Shown piece by piece: positions 19,909-28,723 of a stretch of 64,000 nt of DNA. The DNA is taken from the NCBI GenBank assembly GCA_964526385.1, contig CAZGJD010000009.1:8358-72357 (forward strand), given 5' to 3'. Made by a program: the position numbers and the translations under genes. The notes beneath the pieces are model-generated. The model had not been told where the DNA came from. It saw nothing but the letters and a program-made list of their open reading frames with translations, and made no database searches. Position 1 is the stretch's first letter, and each line of letters begins with the position of its first letter. The DNA comes from an uncultured Candidatus Poseidoniales archaeon (GTDB taxonomy: Archaea; Thermoplasmatota; Poseidoniia; Poseidoniales; Poseidoniaceae).

Positions 19909-20005
19909 GTTTCATGTCAAACCAAGGGGGTTCTTCACATTCACCCACCCTTAAGGGTGGGTCGGTGACTTTATTCAAGGGTGGCAGTTCGGCGCACTGA
20001 TAGCA

Positions 20006-20827
20006 ATGGATGTAGATGACCTCTTGTCAGTGTCGCCTAAACTATTGGCTCAAGCAATTCTACACCAAAGAGAACGCTTGATGGAACAGATTCCAAAGGA
20101 ATTGGAGGCAAGCACATCTGATCTCCAAAAATCCGAACCGTTGGCAAAGGCAGCCAGAATTGAAAGGGACAAAATTAATTCCAAAGTCAGTAAGTTGAAA
20201 TCTGAACGAGACACCTCCCAACAAAAGGCCAAAGTTTTATTTGAGAATTCTAATAAGATATACAACGAATTGTTAGATTCAGGTGGAATAAAAAATCCTA
20301 ACCCAAAATGGGCTAGAGACAAATTGGAAGCGAATCTAAAGGCTATCGAAGATAAGTTGCAGACAAGTGCTGGAAATCATAAGACAGAAGAGAAATACAT
20401 CAATGAAATGAAGAATCTTGTAAAAGAACACGAAGAGTGGGTCGAAGCAAATGCATCTTCTCAGCCAAAATTACTCGAAATGAGAGACGCAAGAAAAGAA
20501 GCCAAAAAATTACTCGACATTGCGCAAAAAGCACATGAAGCCATGGTTGAATTAGCTGGTGAAAATGATGAGAAGCATGAACAATTCATGACGTGGGAAA
20601 AAGTTCGTAGGGACAGCCTCTCCAAAACGAGGAAACTAAATGACATCATGAAGTTCTCAGAAAAATCATTGTCATATTGGAATCAAAAAATTGAAGATGA
20701 TAAATTTGAACCCTTACTACAAAATAGCGTAAATGTGAAATTAGGAAAGATGTCTTCCTTTGCAATTTCAAGGGCCAAAAAATTGGCTGAAGAAAAATCG
20801 TCTGTACGTGGTGGTGAGGAAGAATGA
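20006..20827 (+). CDS. Archaeal coiled-coil protein, paralog B (COG1340-like)
   Basis: 273 aa of charged heptad-rich sequence (ARIERDKINSKVSKLKSERDTSQQKAKVL...). Its stop overlaps the start of the next gene by 4 nt. Confidence 0.7.
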   Translation: MDVDDLLSVSPKLLAQAILHQRERLMEQIPKELEASTSDLQKSEPLAKAARIERDKINSKVSKLKSERDTSQQKAKVLFENSNKIYNELLDSGGIKNPNPKWARDKLEANLKAIEDKLQTSAGNHKTEEKYINEMKNLVKEHEEWVEANASSQPKLLEMRDARKEAKKLLDIAQKAHEAMVELAGENDEKHEQFMTWEKVRRDSLSKTRKLNDIMKFSEKSLSYWNQKIEDDKFEPLLQNSVNVKLGKMSSFAISRAKKLAEEKSSVRGGEEE

Positions 20828-22893
20828 GCGATTTCTGTGAAATCACTGGTATGTCTATAAACGATGCGAATAAGTTTGAGTTTATTCACTCAAAAATGAT
20901 CGAAGAGTTTAGTCCCAAAGAAATTGATGAGAAATATCTCGAAAAACTTGAAAATGAAATCTCAACTTCAATAAAGCGAATTCTTCCACATAAAAGTGAT
21001 TCAAAACAGAGAGAGAGTTTAACAAATCACCTATCGAGAACGTTAGGTAAAAAATTCAAATCTTCAGATGTCAAATCATTCGGTTCTTCCGTGACTGGCC
21101 TTAATATCAAAGGCGGAGACCTAGACCTTTGTTTTGTAATACCTGGTGCAAACCAGAAAAGTACAATTCAAAACATGGCTAAGGTCTTGAGGGGGCAAGG
21201 AATGGAAAACGTTCAACCTATTACTAATGCCATAGTCCCTATACTAAAATTCAAAGACCCAAGAAGTGGCATACATACTGATATTTCCGTTAACAATACT
21301 TTAGCACTGCACAATACGGAATTAATCAAAAGATATTCTAAAATTGACCGGAAGGTAAGCGATTTCATTCGATTGGTAAAATATTGGTCATTCCACAGAA
21401 ATATTTCTAATTCGTTTGAAGGCACTTTTTCATCATATGCTTGGACGATTCTCGCATTGAATTATCTTATTTCAGAGGGAGTAGTCCCTAATTTACAAGA
21501 TACCGAAGAAAAAATGTTGATTGAAATAAATGGAAATGAATTTGATATATCGATGGATAATCCTGAAACTATCAAACTATCAAGAGATATACCATTGTCA
21601 AAAATGATTTGTGGTTTCTTCGAGTTCTACTCGAACTGGGATTGGTCTAGTGATGTGGTTTCTATCAGAAACGGAGGGAAATTGGGTAGGGAAGAAGTCT
21701 CGTGGGATAATGAAGATCCGACTTCAATAGACTTGCTTAACCTTGGGAAATCTGATGCAAAAACTGGCAAGCACCACTTACCAATTCAAGACCCATTTGA
21801 CATTAATCACGACCTTTCAAAAGTATTAACTGCACAAGGCGAATTACAAATTCTAAATGAAATTCTCAGAGCAAGAGTGGAAATTGGAAACGGATTGAAT
21901 TGGTCAAAACTATGCGAAACTGTAGAACCTGAAAGGCTAGCAGACTTAGAACCTGAAGATTTGTTCCATGACCTGAGAAATTTGCCAATCAAGGATGTTG
22001 AAAATAAGAGAACTAAAATTCAAGGAGAAATTAATGCTCTTGAAACTAAAATCAAAGCATTTGAAGAGGAGAAATCTGTTTCTATTAGATTAGCAAACGC
22101 AATGAAGGGAATAATCGAGGAGACATCAGATATCCGTTCAGAACACAAGAGCATACACATAGGTCTTAAAGAAAGAAGTAAAGAAATTAGGGACCTAAAA
22201 AAGGAGAGAGACTTAATTAATTCAAACATTGTCATCCCACTGAAATACATTGAAGAGCAGTTAGCCAAAGTATACAAGCGATTAACAAATGAATTGAATG
22301 TAAGATATATTCCTAGTTTGGACAAAGAAATTAGTGATTTCTCATGGTTTTTTGAGTTACAAGAAATGCACAAAAAGGCGAAAGATGCTGAAAACTTACA
22401 CAACAAATATGTCGAATTATCAAAGCAACAGCATGAAGATATAAAGAAGCTAGAATTGTTCGAAACAAAGCATGATGAAGTTACAACAAAACTGCTCGCA
22501 GAAGAACCATTATTGAAAGATTTGAAGTTGGGTAGAAACGGTGCTAAGAGTTATGACAAGAGAGTATATAACATCAATAGAGCAATCCAAAATGGTCGCT
22601 CAGAATTTCAAAAACTAAGAAGAGAAATTGGTAGGTTGGACGCCTGGTTGAGAATTTCTAAGGGAGGAGGAAAATCAAACAAAGGTAGAAGTAGAAAAGA
22701 TTCGAATAGAGGGGAAAAGGTAACTTCAGGCCCCGTCACGCTTGGAGACCTATCCGACTTACTTGCTCAGGCTGGTCAATCTTCATCAACAAAGAAAACC
22801 AAGAAAATAAGTTCAAAGAAAGCCGGTATGAAAAAATTGGGTAACTTTTCGGCTCACAGAGGCACAAGAGGATCGTATAACAGGAAAGAATGA
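20824..22893 (+). CDS. Cid1/TUTase/non-canonical poly(A) polymerase-like nucleotidyltransferase (Pol-beta NTase + PAP-associated domain) fused to a C-terminal coiled-coil module and basic tail
   Basis: FGSSVTGLNIKGGDLDLCF (hG[GS]...DxD), PILKFKDPRSGIHTDISVNN (third Asp), LIKRYSKIDRKVSDFIRLVKYWSFHRNI, GTFSSYAWTILALNYL...VPNLQ, GFFEFYSNWDWSSDVVSIRNG, and IQDPFDINHDLSKV. Residues ~385-640 are coiled coil like paralogs A-C. The Lys/Arg/Gly/Ser-rich tail covers residues ~640-689. Confidence 0.8.
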   Translation: MSDFCEITGMSINDANKFEFIHSKMIEEFSPKEIDEKYLEKLENEISTSIKRILPHKSDSKQRESLTNHLSRTLGKKFKSSDVKSFGSSVTGLNIKGGDLDLCFVIPGANQKSTIQNMAKVLRGQGMENVQPITNAIVPILKFKDPRSGIHTDISVNNTLALHNTELIKRYSKIDRKVSDFIRLVKYWSFHRNISNSFEGTFSSYAWTILALNYLISEGVVPNLQDTEEKMLIEINGNEFDISMDNPETIKLSRDIPLSKMICGFFEFYSNWDWSSDVVSIRNGGKLGREEVSWDNEDPTSIDLLNLGKSDAKTGKHHLPIQDPFDINHDLSKVLTAQGELQILNEILRARVEIGNGLNWSKLCETVEPERLADLEPEDLFHDLRNLPIKDVENKRTKIQGEINALETKIKAFEEEKSVSIRLANAMKGIIEETSDIRSEHKSIHIGLKERSKEIRDLKKERDLINSNIVIPLKYIEEQLAKVYKRLTNELNVRYIPSLDKEISDFSWFFELQEMHKKAKDAENLHNKYVELSKQQHEDIKKLELFETKHDEVTTKLLAEEPLLKDLKLGRNGAKSYDKRVYNINRAIQNGRSEFQKLRREIGRLDAWLRISKGGGKSNKGRSRKDSNRGEKVTSGPVTLGDLSDLLAQAGQSSSTKKTKKISSKKAGMKKLGNFSAHRGTRGSYNRKE

Positions 22894-22896
22894 GTC

Positions 22897-23370
22897 ATGC
22901 TTTCGAACGCAAAAAAAGCTTATTGGCGAAACGGTATTTCCCCAAGAAAAATGGACTATCCTTCCATCGAGAGAATAAGACAATTATTCTTTGACCAAAC
23001 TGGCGAAGAATATGCACGAATTTCAATCCAGACTCTTCCAATTCCAAACTGGGGTGGAAATTTGATACTATATGATGAAAATGATTTCATCAGGGGATTG
23101 CTATGGGCTAATAGGCTCCCACCAAATAAAGTAAGAATAGTAGCTTTTGTGATTGATGAAGATTATGTTTCAAATGGCTATGGAAGTCAAGCATGGAATT
23201 TACTCTTAAATTCCGCAAGGAAAGAGGGAATAAATGAAATTCAACTCGAGGTTAAAGCTTCCAATACCAAAGCAATCAAGTTCTATGAAAACAGGGGATT
23301 GAAAATAATACAAAAATTGGAAGGATACTACAAATCTGGACTTGGTTATGCAATGAGAGGGGAGATTTAA
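22897..23370 (+). CDS. GNAT-family N-acetyltransferase
   Basis: VDEDYVSNGYGSQAWNLLL...QLEVKASNTKAIKFYENRGLKI covers acetyl-CoA binding motifs A/B. It starts 3 nt after the preceding stop. Confidence 0.75.
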   Translation: MLSNAKKAYWRNGISPRKMDYPSIERIRQLFFDQTGEEYARISIQTLPIPNWGGNLILYDENDFIRGLLWANRLPPNKVRIVAFVIDEDYVSNGYGSQAWNLLLNSARKEGINEIQLEVKASNTKAIKFYENRGLKIIQKLEGYYKSGLGYAMRGEI

Positions 23371-23407
23371 GGAAATAATCATGACCTAACTATCTCTGGT
23401 ATCGTCC

Positions 23408-23713
23408 ATGCTGAAGGATGTCATCAACGATTTAGTGGATGGCGAATGCATAACATCTGCAGCTTTGCTTGATGATTCTGGTTTCACAATTGAAAGAACA
23501 TCGATAGAACTCAAACCAAACGAATTGGTTGGTTTTTTGGAAATTGTTGAATCATATGAAATTTCAACTATAGTTACAACAGAATGCTTCGTTTCATGTA
23601 AGAGATTTCAATCAGGTCAAACATTAATTTCAATAACACCTAAGAACGGTAACATCGGAAAGGCTAGATTGCGAATCGAACAATGTTGTTCTTTGATTGA
23701 AAATTATCTTTGA
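23408..23713 (+). CDS. Small Roadblock/LC7-like protein (tentative)
   Basis: 101 aa. LKDVINDLVDGECITSAALLDDSGFTIERTS resembles the Roadblock/MglB N-terminal pattern (l..l...gv.ga.l.d.dG). Weak. Confidence 0.4.
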   Translation: MLKDVINDLVDGECITSAALLDDSGFTIERTSIELKPNELVGFLEIVESYEISTIVTTECFVSCKRFQSGQTLISITPKNGNIGKARLRIEQCCSLIENYL

Positions 23714-23800
23714 TATCGCATTAGCGAGGCTTAAATGGCAAAGGTCGGTGGTTGCAACGCTGGGAGTGCGGGAGCACTAAGCGAACAGGTGCGATGAATA

Positions 23801-24676
23801 ATGTCAGGGCTAAAAGAAACTCTTGATGAGAAGCGAAAGTTGGTAGATAAAAAGGCAACTCAATACCGAACGACTCGTGACGAATGGAATAGTCGAACAA
23901 AAGAGTTTACAGTCCAGAGAAATGAATTGAACGCAGAAGTTAGAGAACTTATTCAAAATGTAAAACAACAAAGAGAAATCAGAGAACAAATGAATGAACT
24001 TGTTCGCGAAAAGAAAACTGCAAGAAAGGAAGCAAGTAACCTAGTAAAGCAGGCAAAATCAGAATTGGACTCTCAAAAGGGCACCAAGGATGATTCCGGT
24101 CAAGGAAGAAGAAAGGGAGAAAGAAGAGTAACGGTTCACTCCTTGAGAAGAGAATTTGAAAAACTCGATCGAGAGATGGAGATGGGGAAACATCTTGGCC
24201 AAAACGAAAAGAAGGTAATGAAAAGAATGAAGGAAATTCGTGCTAAAATAAAAGACATGGAATCATCTGAAGAAAATAATTCCGACCTAAAGTCTGCAAG
24301 AGGCACTCTACGCGAAGCAATGGTCGCTCAAGAAGAAGCACACGTCGAGGTGCAAAAAGCCGCACAAGCTGCACAAGAAGCCCATGATTTAATGCTACAG
24401 TGGAATAAGGAAGTTGACCGACAGAGAGAACTTGCCGAAGGTGCTCACAGAGAGTTGAGAAAATCTAAGAAAGAAGCTGATAAAGCTCATAGATTTTACA
24501 TAGTGTCACTGCGATGCTTACACTCAATTCAAGACATCATAAGGTCAATGCGAGGTACAGAGTCTGGCGAATCTCAAAGAGGAGCGAGGGTAGAAGTACA
24601 AGACTTGATGAGTAAATTGATGAGCGGGGATACACTATCAACTGAGGAGTTAATGGAATTACAGCGCTTTGATTAA
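23801..24676 (+). CDS. Archaeal coiled-coil protein, paralog C (COG1340-like)
   Basis: 291 aa: RDEWNSRTKEFTVQRNELNAEVRELIQNVKQQREIREQMNELVREKK..., with the same two-block coiled-coil layout as A and B. Confidence 0.7.
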   Translation: MSGLKETLDEKRKLVDKKATQYRTTRDEWNSRTKEFTVQRNELNAEVRELIQNVKQQREIREQMNELVREKKTARKEASNLVKQAKSELDSQKGTKDDSGQGRRKGERRVTVHSLRREFEKLDREMEMGKHLGQNEKKVMKRMKEIRAKIKDMESSEENNSDLKSARGTLREAMVAQEEAHVEVQKAAQAAQEAHDLMLQWNKEVDRQRELAEGAHRELRKSKKEADKAHRFYIVSLRCLHSIQDIIRSMRGTESGESQRGARVEVQDLMSKLMSGDTLSTEELMELQRFD

Positions 24677-24713
24677 ATTCAAAGACTGACTTTTCATAGA
24701 AATACAATGGGGC

Positions 24714-25877
24714 TTGTTCATGATTCAACGTGATGAGATTGCTGGGATAATCGAAGATTACGAGCGACTTAAACTTCGAATAGGTATGACAGCAAGTCAT
24801 TCTGCCTTGGATATTTGTGACGGGGCTATTGAAGAAGGGTTCCCAACTGTCGCTTACGCGCAAAAAGGTAGAGACAAAACATATTCACAATACTTCAAGA
24901 CACAAAGAACTTCTTCAGGTAGGGTAAAAAGGGGAATGATTGACAAAACAATAGTCCTTGATTCTTTTAATGATGTTATGGAGCCAAAGATGCAGGATGA
25001 AATGCGAAAGAGAAACGTAATTTACATCCCTAACCGTTCGTTCACTTCCTATTCAAAAATTAGCGATATTGAAAACAATTTCAAAGTACCTATGTTTGGT
25101 TCGAGAAATATGCTTCGTATGGAAGAGAGAACTGAGGAACAAGATTACTATTGGATCCTGGATAAAGCAGGACTCCCATACCCAGAAGCAATTGAAGACC
25201 CTCAGGATATTGACTGTTTGGTTATCGTAAAACTTCACCATGCCCAAAAGAAACTAGAGAGAGGTTTCTTTACTTGTGCGTCCTATGAAGAATATCTTGA
25301 AAAGAGCAATACGCTATTGAAAGAGGGTGTAATAGACCAGGCAAGTTTGGATGGAGCAAGAATTGAAAGATACGTAATAGGTCCTGTTTTCAACTTGAAT
25401 TTCTTTTACTCGCCACTTGAAGAGGACATGCCCAAACTCGAACTTCTTGGAGTGGATTGGAGATTTGAATCATCTCTAGATGGCCATGTAAGACTACCTG
25501 CTCCACAGCAGATGACAATGCCTGCACATCAGCAAATTCCAGAAATGACGGTCGTAGGCCATAATACTGCCACAATAAGAGAATCCCTTCTTGAAAAGGC
25601 GTTTGAACTTGGTGAGAAATTTATCACTGCTTCTAAAGAACATTATGACCCTGGAATTATCGGTCCTTTCTGCCTACAAACCTGTATTGACAAAGATATG
25701 AATTATTCAATTTACGATGTTGCACCTAGATTAGGAGGAGGTACAAATGTGCATGTATCTGTTGGACACCCGTATGGTAACGCAACATGGAGAAAACCAA
25801 TGTCTTCTGGAAGAAGAATTGCAATGGAAATCCGCCGTGCTGCAGAGCAAGATCGCCTCCTTGAAGTACTAACTTGA
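24714..25877 (+). CDS. purP: FAICAR synthetase (5-formaminoimidazole-4-carboxamide ribonucleotide synthetase), archaeal PurP
   Basis: IGMTASHSALDICDGAIEEGFPTVAYAQKGRDKTY...IVLDSFNDV followed by an ATP-grasp C-terminal half matches my recollection of PurP. Confidence 0.75.
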   Translation: MFMIQRDEIAGIIEDYERLKLRIGMTASHSALDICDGAIEEGFPTVAYAQKGRDKTYSQYFKTQRTSSGRVKRGMIDKTIVLDSFNDVMEPKMQDEMRKRNVIYIPNRSFTSYSKISDIENNFKVPMFGSRNMLRMEERTEEQDYYWILDKAGLPYPEAIEDPQDIDCLVIVKLHHAQKKLERGFFTCASYEEYLEKSNTLLKEGVIDQASLDGARIERYVIGPVFNLNFFYSPLEEDMPKLELLGVDWRFESSLDGHVRLPAPQQMTMPAHQQIPEMTVVGHNTATIRESLLEKAFELGEKFITASKEHYDPGIIGPFCLQTCIDKDMNYSIYDVAPRLGGGTNVHVSVGHPYGNATWRKPMSSGRRIAMEIRRAAEQDRLLEVLT

Positions 25878-25888
25878 GGTTTTTATCT

Positions 25889-27928
25889 ATGTCCGGAGAA
25901 GTATGGGTAATACTATCATTTCTTCTCTTCATGTTCTTTTTCGCCGGAGTGGGAATGGCGAGCATCCGTGTCAAAAAAGACACAACTGATGATTACTTAG
26001 TCGCCGGACGAGGGATGCATCCAGCATTAGCCGCTCTATCAGCTGTATCAACATGGAATTCGGGATACATGTTCATCGGATTTATTGGCTTCATGTGGCT
26101 AATGGGATACTCTGCGATTTGGATTTCAATCATTTCAACTATTGGTCAATTAGTTGCTTGGATTTGGCTATACAAATACATTCAGAATGAAGGCAATGAG
26201 AGAAACATTCGTTCCCTATCATCATTAGTTGCCAACGTCAAAGGTGCTCCTGAAGCTAAAATGGCAGCGATTTGTTCTGTCGCCTTCTTACTAATTTACG
26301 CCGGGGCTCAACTTTCAAGCGGAGGGAAAGCATTGTTCGCAATGCTTGGATGGGCTGAGTGGATTGGAATTATCATTGGTTTTGTATTGGTAGTAGCTTA
26401 CTGTTATGCAGGAGGCATTAGGGCTTCAATATGGACTGATGCTGCACAATCATGTGTGATGATCATAGGCAGTACGTTACTTTGCTATGTAGCATTATCT
26501 GAAGTAGGTTGGTTTGGCGGACTACATGATTCTTTGAATACTATTGACCCTGCTCTTACATCAATAACCCCACCTGATTTAAAGCTTGGATTCAGTATGT
26601 GGGTTTTTGCATTTTTCCTTGGAGGACTTGGAGTCGCTGGACAGCCACAGGTTGTATCAAGAATCATGACATTGGAATCGGAAGAAGATAGAAAGCAAGC
26701 ATGTATTTGGTTCTTCGTTTGGCAAACACCTTTCCTTGCTTTGATGATAATCATCGGTTTAGCATCTCGTGTCATATTCCCAGAATCTGGAAGTTTCGAC
26801 CCTGAATTAGCACTGCCGTTGTTGGCTATGGACGTCTTGGGTCCATTTTGGGTCGGGCTAATTCTTGCATCGATTTTCGCAGCTACAATGTCTACTGCCG
26901 ATTCACAAGTACTAGCTTGTACAGCAGCTATAACTGACGATGTTATACCAGAATGGTCTACTAATCACAAGAAAACTAAGATCACTACAATGGTGATGGC
27001 CTTCGTAGCAACCTGTTTATCTTTGGGTGCATATTTCACAGAAAATAATTCAGTATTCTCTCTTGTAGTACTGGCAGTGTATGGTTTAGGTGGGATGTTT
27101 ATCCCACTAATTCTGATCCGAATGTCTGGATTCAAACCATCTTCAAAGCATTCGATAATTATGATGTCGTCTGCCCTTGTCGCAGTTATTACATGGAGAA
27201 TCTTAGGATTAAATGTACATATTTTTGAATCTGTACCTGGAATGGGTGCTGCATTCATTGCTCACTTCATTATGGTGATTAGAAACCAGGATCAGTGGTT
27301 AGAAAAACTGCCTTCACGAAACAAAATTGCAACGCTTGGTGTTGGAATCTTGGTTTTGATTATACCATTAGAATACTACTATGCTACTAATGCTCCTACT
27401 TCGATGAATTCTTCTCCAGAACCTGATTCAATGTGGGACTTGGTCGTTGAATTCGAGCCTCACTTCGAAGAGCAGGTAATCAATATCGGTGATGGATCGA
27501 CCGAGAGTTTTCAATTCAGCATCCCAGCCGATGCTGTTGGAGCCTCATTCCACCTAAATTATTCGGAATCCAATGAAGGAGGATTGAGTAGTCAATGTGA
27601 TAATGTAGAATCGAGTTATGATGATACGAATGTCCCCAGCGAATTCAGAGTCATGTGGAACCTGCAGAACATTACTGGACAGAATTGCGGTGAGAATCTC
27701 TTGGGAGCCATCGCTACATGGAATGGATTCGTTCAGACCGACACATATGAGAACCACCAGGTTACAATTGCTGAACTTACTGTGGAGAAGGATGCTGGTG
27801 AAATTATCTTCGAGGTCACAGTGGATGTAAATCAGGCTACTCCGCTCAACGCTGATAATGGTGAGGAAATTACAATGATGATGCGTTACAACACGTTAGT
27901 CTCTTATGATTTAACTGAGGCTGAATGA
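25889..27928 (+). CDS. Sodium:solute symporter family transporter with a ~170 aa C-terminal non-membrane domain
   Basis: About 13 hydrophobic helices. DYLVAGRGMHPALAALSAVSTWNSGYMFIG and GGIRASIWTDAAQ are SSS-family-like. ATG 25889 is preferred over the TTG at 25874. Confidence 0.7.
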   Translation: MSGEVWVILSFLLFMFFFAGVGMASIRVKKDTTDDYLVAGRGMHPALAALSAVSTWNSGYMFIGFIGFMWLMGYSAIWISIISTIGQLVAWIWLYKYIQNEGNERNIRSLSSLVANVKGAPEAKMAAICSVAFLLIYAGAQLSSGGKALFAMLGWAEWIGIIIGFVLVVAYCYAGGIRASIWTDAAQSCVMIIGSTLLCYVALSEVGWFGGLHDSLNTIDPALTSITPPDLKLGFSMWVFAFFLGGLGVAGQPQVVSRIMTLESEEDRKQACIWFFVWQTPFLALMIIIGLASRVIFPESGSFDPELALPLLAMDVLGPFWVGLILASIFAATMSTADSQVLACTAAITDDVIPEWSTNHKKTKITTMVMAFVATCLSLGAYFTENNSVFSLVVLAVYGLGGMFIPLILIRMSGFKPSSKHSIIMMSSALVAVITWRILGLNVHIFESVPGMGAAFIAHFIMVIRNQDQWLEKLPSRNKIATLGVGILVLIIPLEYYYATNAPTSMNSSPEPDSMWDLVVEFEPHFEEQVINIGDGSTESFQFSIPADAVGASFHLNYSESNEGGLSSQCDNVESSYDDTNVPSEFRVMWNLQNITGQNCGENLLGAIATWNGFVQTDTYENHQVTIAELTVEKDAGEIIFEVTVDVNQATPLNADNGEEITMMMRYNTLVSYDLTEAE

Positions 27929-28714
27929 CATTCCTTCTTTTCCAACCTTCCAGCCTAATTCTGTAACGGGAGTCTCATCCCTACAGAGTGGATTTGTATG
28001 ATTCAGATGGATGAATACGATTTCTCCGTCTCCTTCCCTTCTCTCACCTAACATCTGAAGAGTTTGCTCAACTGGCGGATGAGGCACCTCTTTTTGGTCT
28101 CTATGCTTTAGTTCATCACTACTGTAAAATGTACCATCTATCAACGCAATATCAACTTCAAAATGATTCAACCATGCCCGAAGGTCATGACCACGCAATG
28201 TTTCCTGCCACGTGTCATGGTCAGGCAAAAATAGCAAGGTCTTTTTGGCCTTAATCATATATGCATGCATATCGGATAATTCATTGCGATGTGGTATCTC
28301 TATCGCTTCTATTGATACACCAGGATAGTGGATTATTGGTGCAGTCCTAGGTATGAAAACACCATCCGACAATAAGATCGACCAGTTCGGTGTCCGCTCA
28401 ATTAGGTCTACCATTTGTTTTGAGCAATGAAGTGGGATTCCTTTAGAATTCATTGTTTCTTTTCCAAAAAGGCCTAACCCATCAACATGTCCAAAGTGAG
28501 CGTGAGTTAAGAAAAGTGAATCTATTCTCTCTACTCCCCAAATTCTAAGTTGCTCACCTAAAGCTCTTGAAGCCTCGAATAAATGGTTACCACCATCTGA
28601 ATCAGTAAGACCAATAGATACTGGATATCTTTTATCGACATCTAAGCAACAAGTGCAACCAACTTGTGGTACGCCTCCATCTTGAGCACTACCGAGTATA
28701 GTTACCGAGACCAT
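27911..28714 (-). CDS. PqqB-like metallo-beta-lactamase-fold protein
   Basis: The N-terminus VTILGSAQDGGVPQVGCTCC resembles the PqqB family (LGSAAGGGFPQWNC.C). MBL motif LFLTHAHFGHVDG is present. Confidence 0.55.
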   Translation of the reverse strand: MVSVTILGSAQDGGVPQVGCTCCLDVDKRYPVSIGLTDSDGGNHLFEASRALGEQLRIWGVERIDSLFLTHAHFGHVDGLGLFGKETMNSKGIPLHCSKQMVDLIERTPNWSILLSDGVFIPRTAPIIHYPGVSIEAIEIPHRNELSDMHAYMIKAKKTLLFLPDHDTWQETLRGHDLRAWLNHFEVDIALIDGTFYSSDELKHRDQKEVPHPPVEQTLQMLGERREGDGEIVFIHLNHTNPLCRDETPVTELGWKVGKEGMSFSLS

Positions 28715-28723
28715 TCGGAATCC

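Noticed and set aside
19955-23760. Shared 8-mer GGTCGGTG in the leaders of coiled-coil genes B (around 19959) and C (around 23743) as a common regulatory motif.
   Set aside because: A single 8-mer match between two ~90-nt regions is expected by chance at roughly the 10% level, and it is not found upstream of paralog A.
23714-23800. GC-rich 87-nt spacer before coiled-coil C as a C/D-box or other small RNA.
   Set aside because: It contains only a short hairpin (AGTGC-GGGA-GCACT). No proper C (RUGAUGA) or D (CUGA) boxes occur on either strand. It is more simply a 5' leader.
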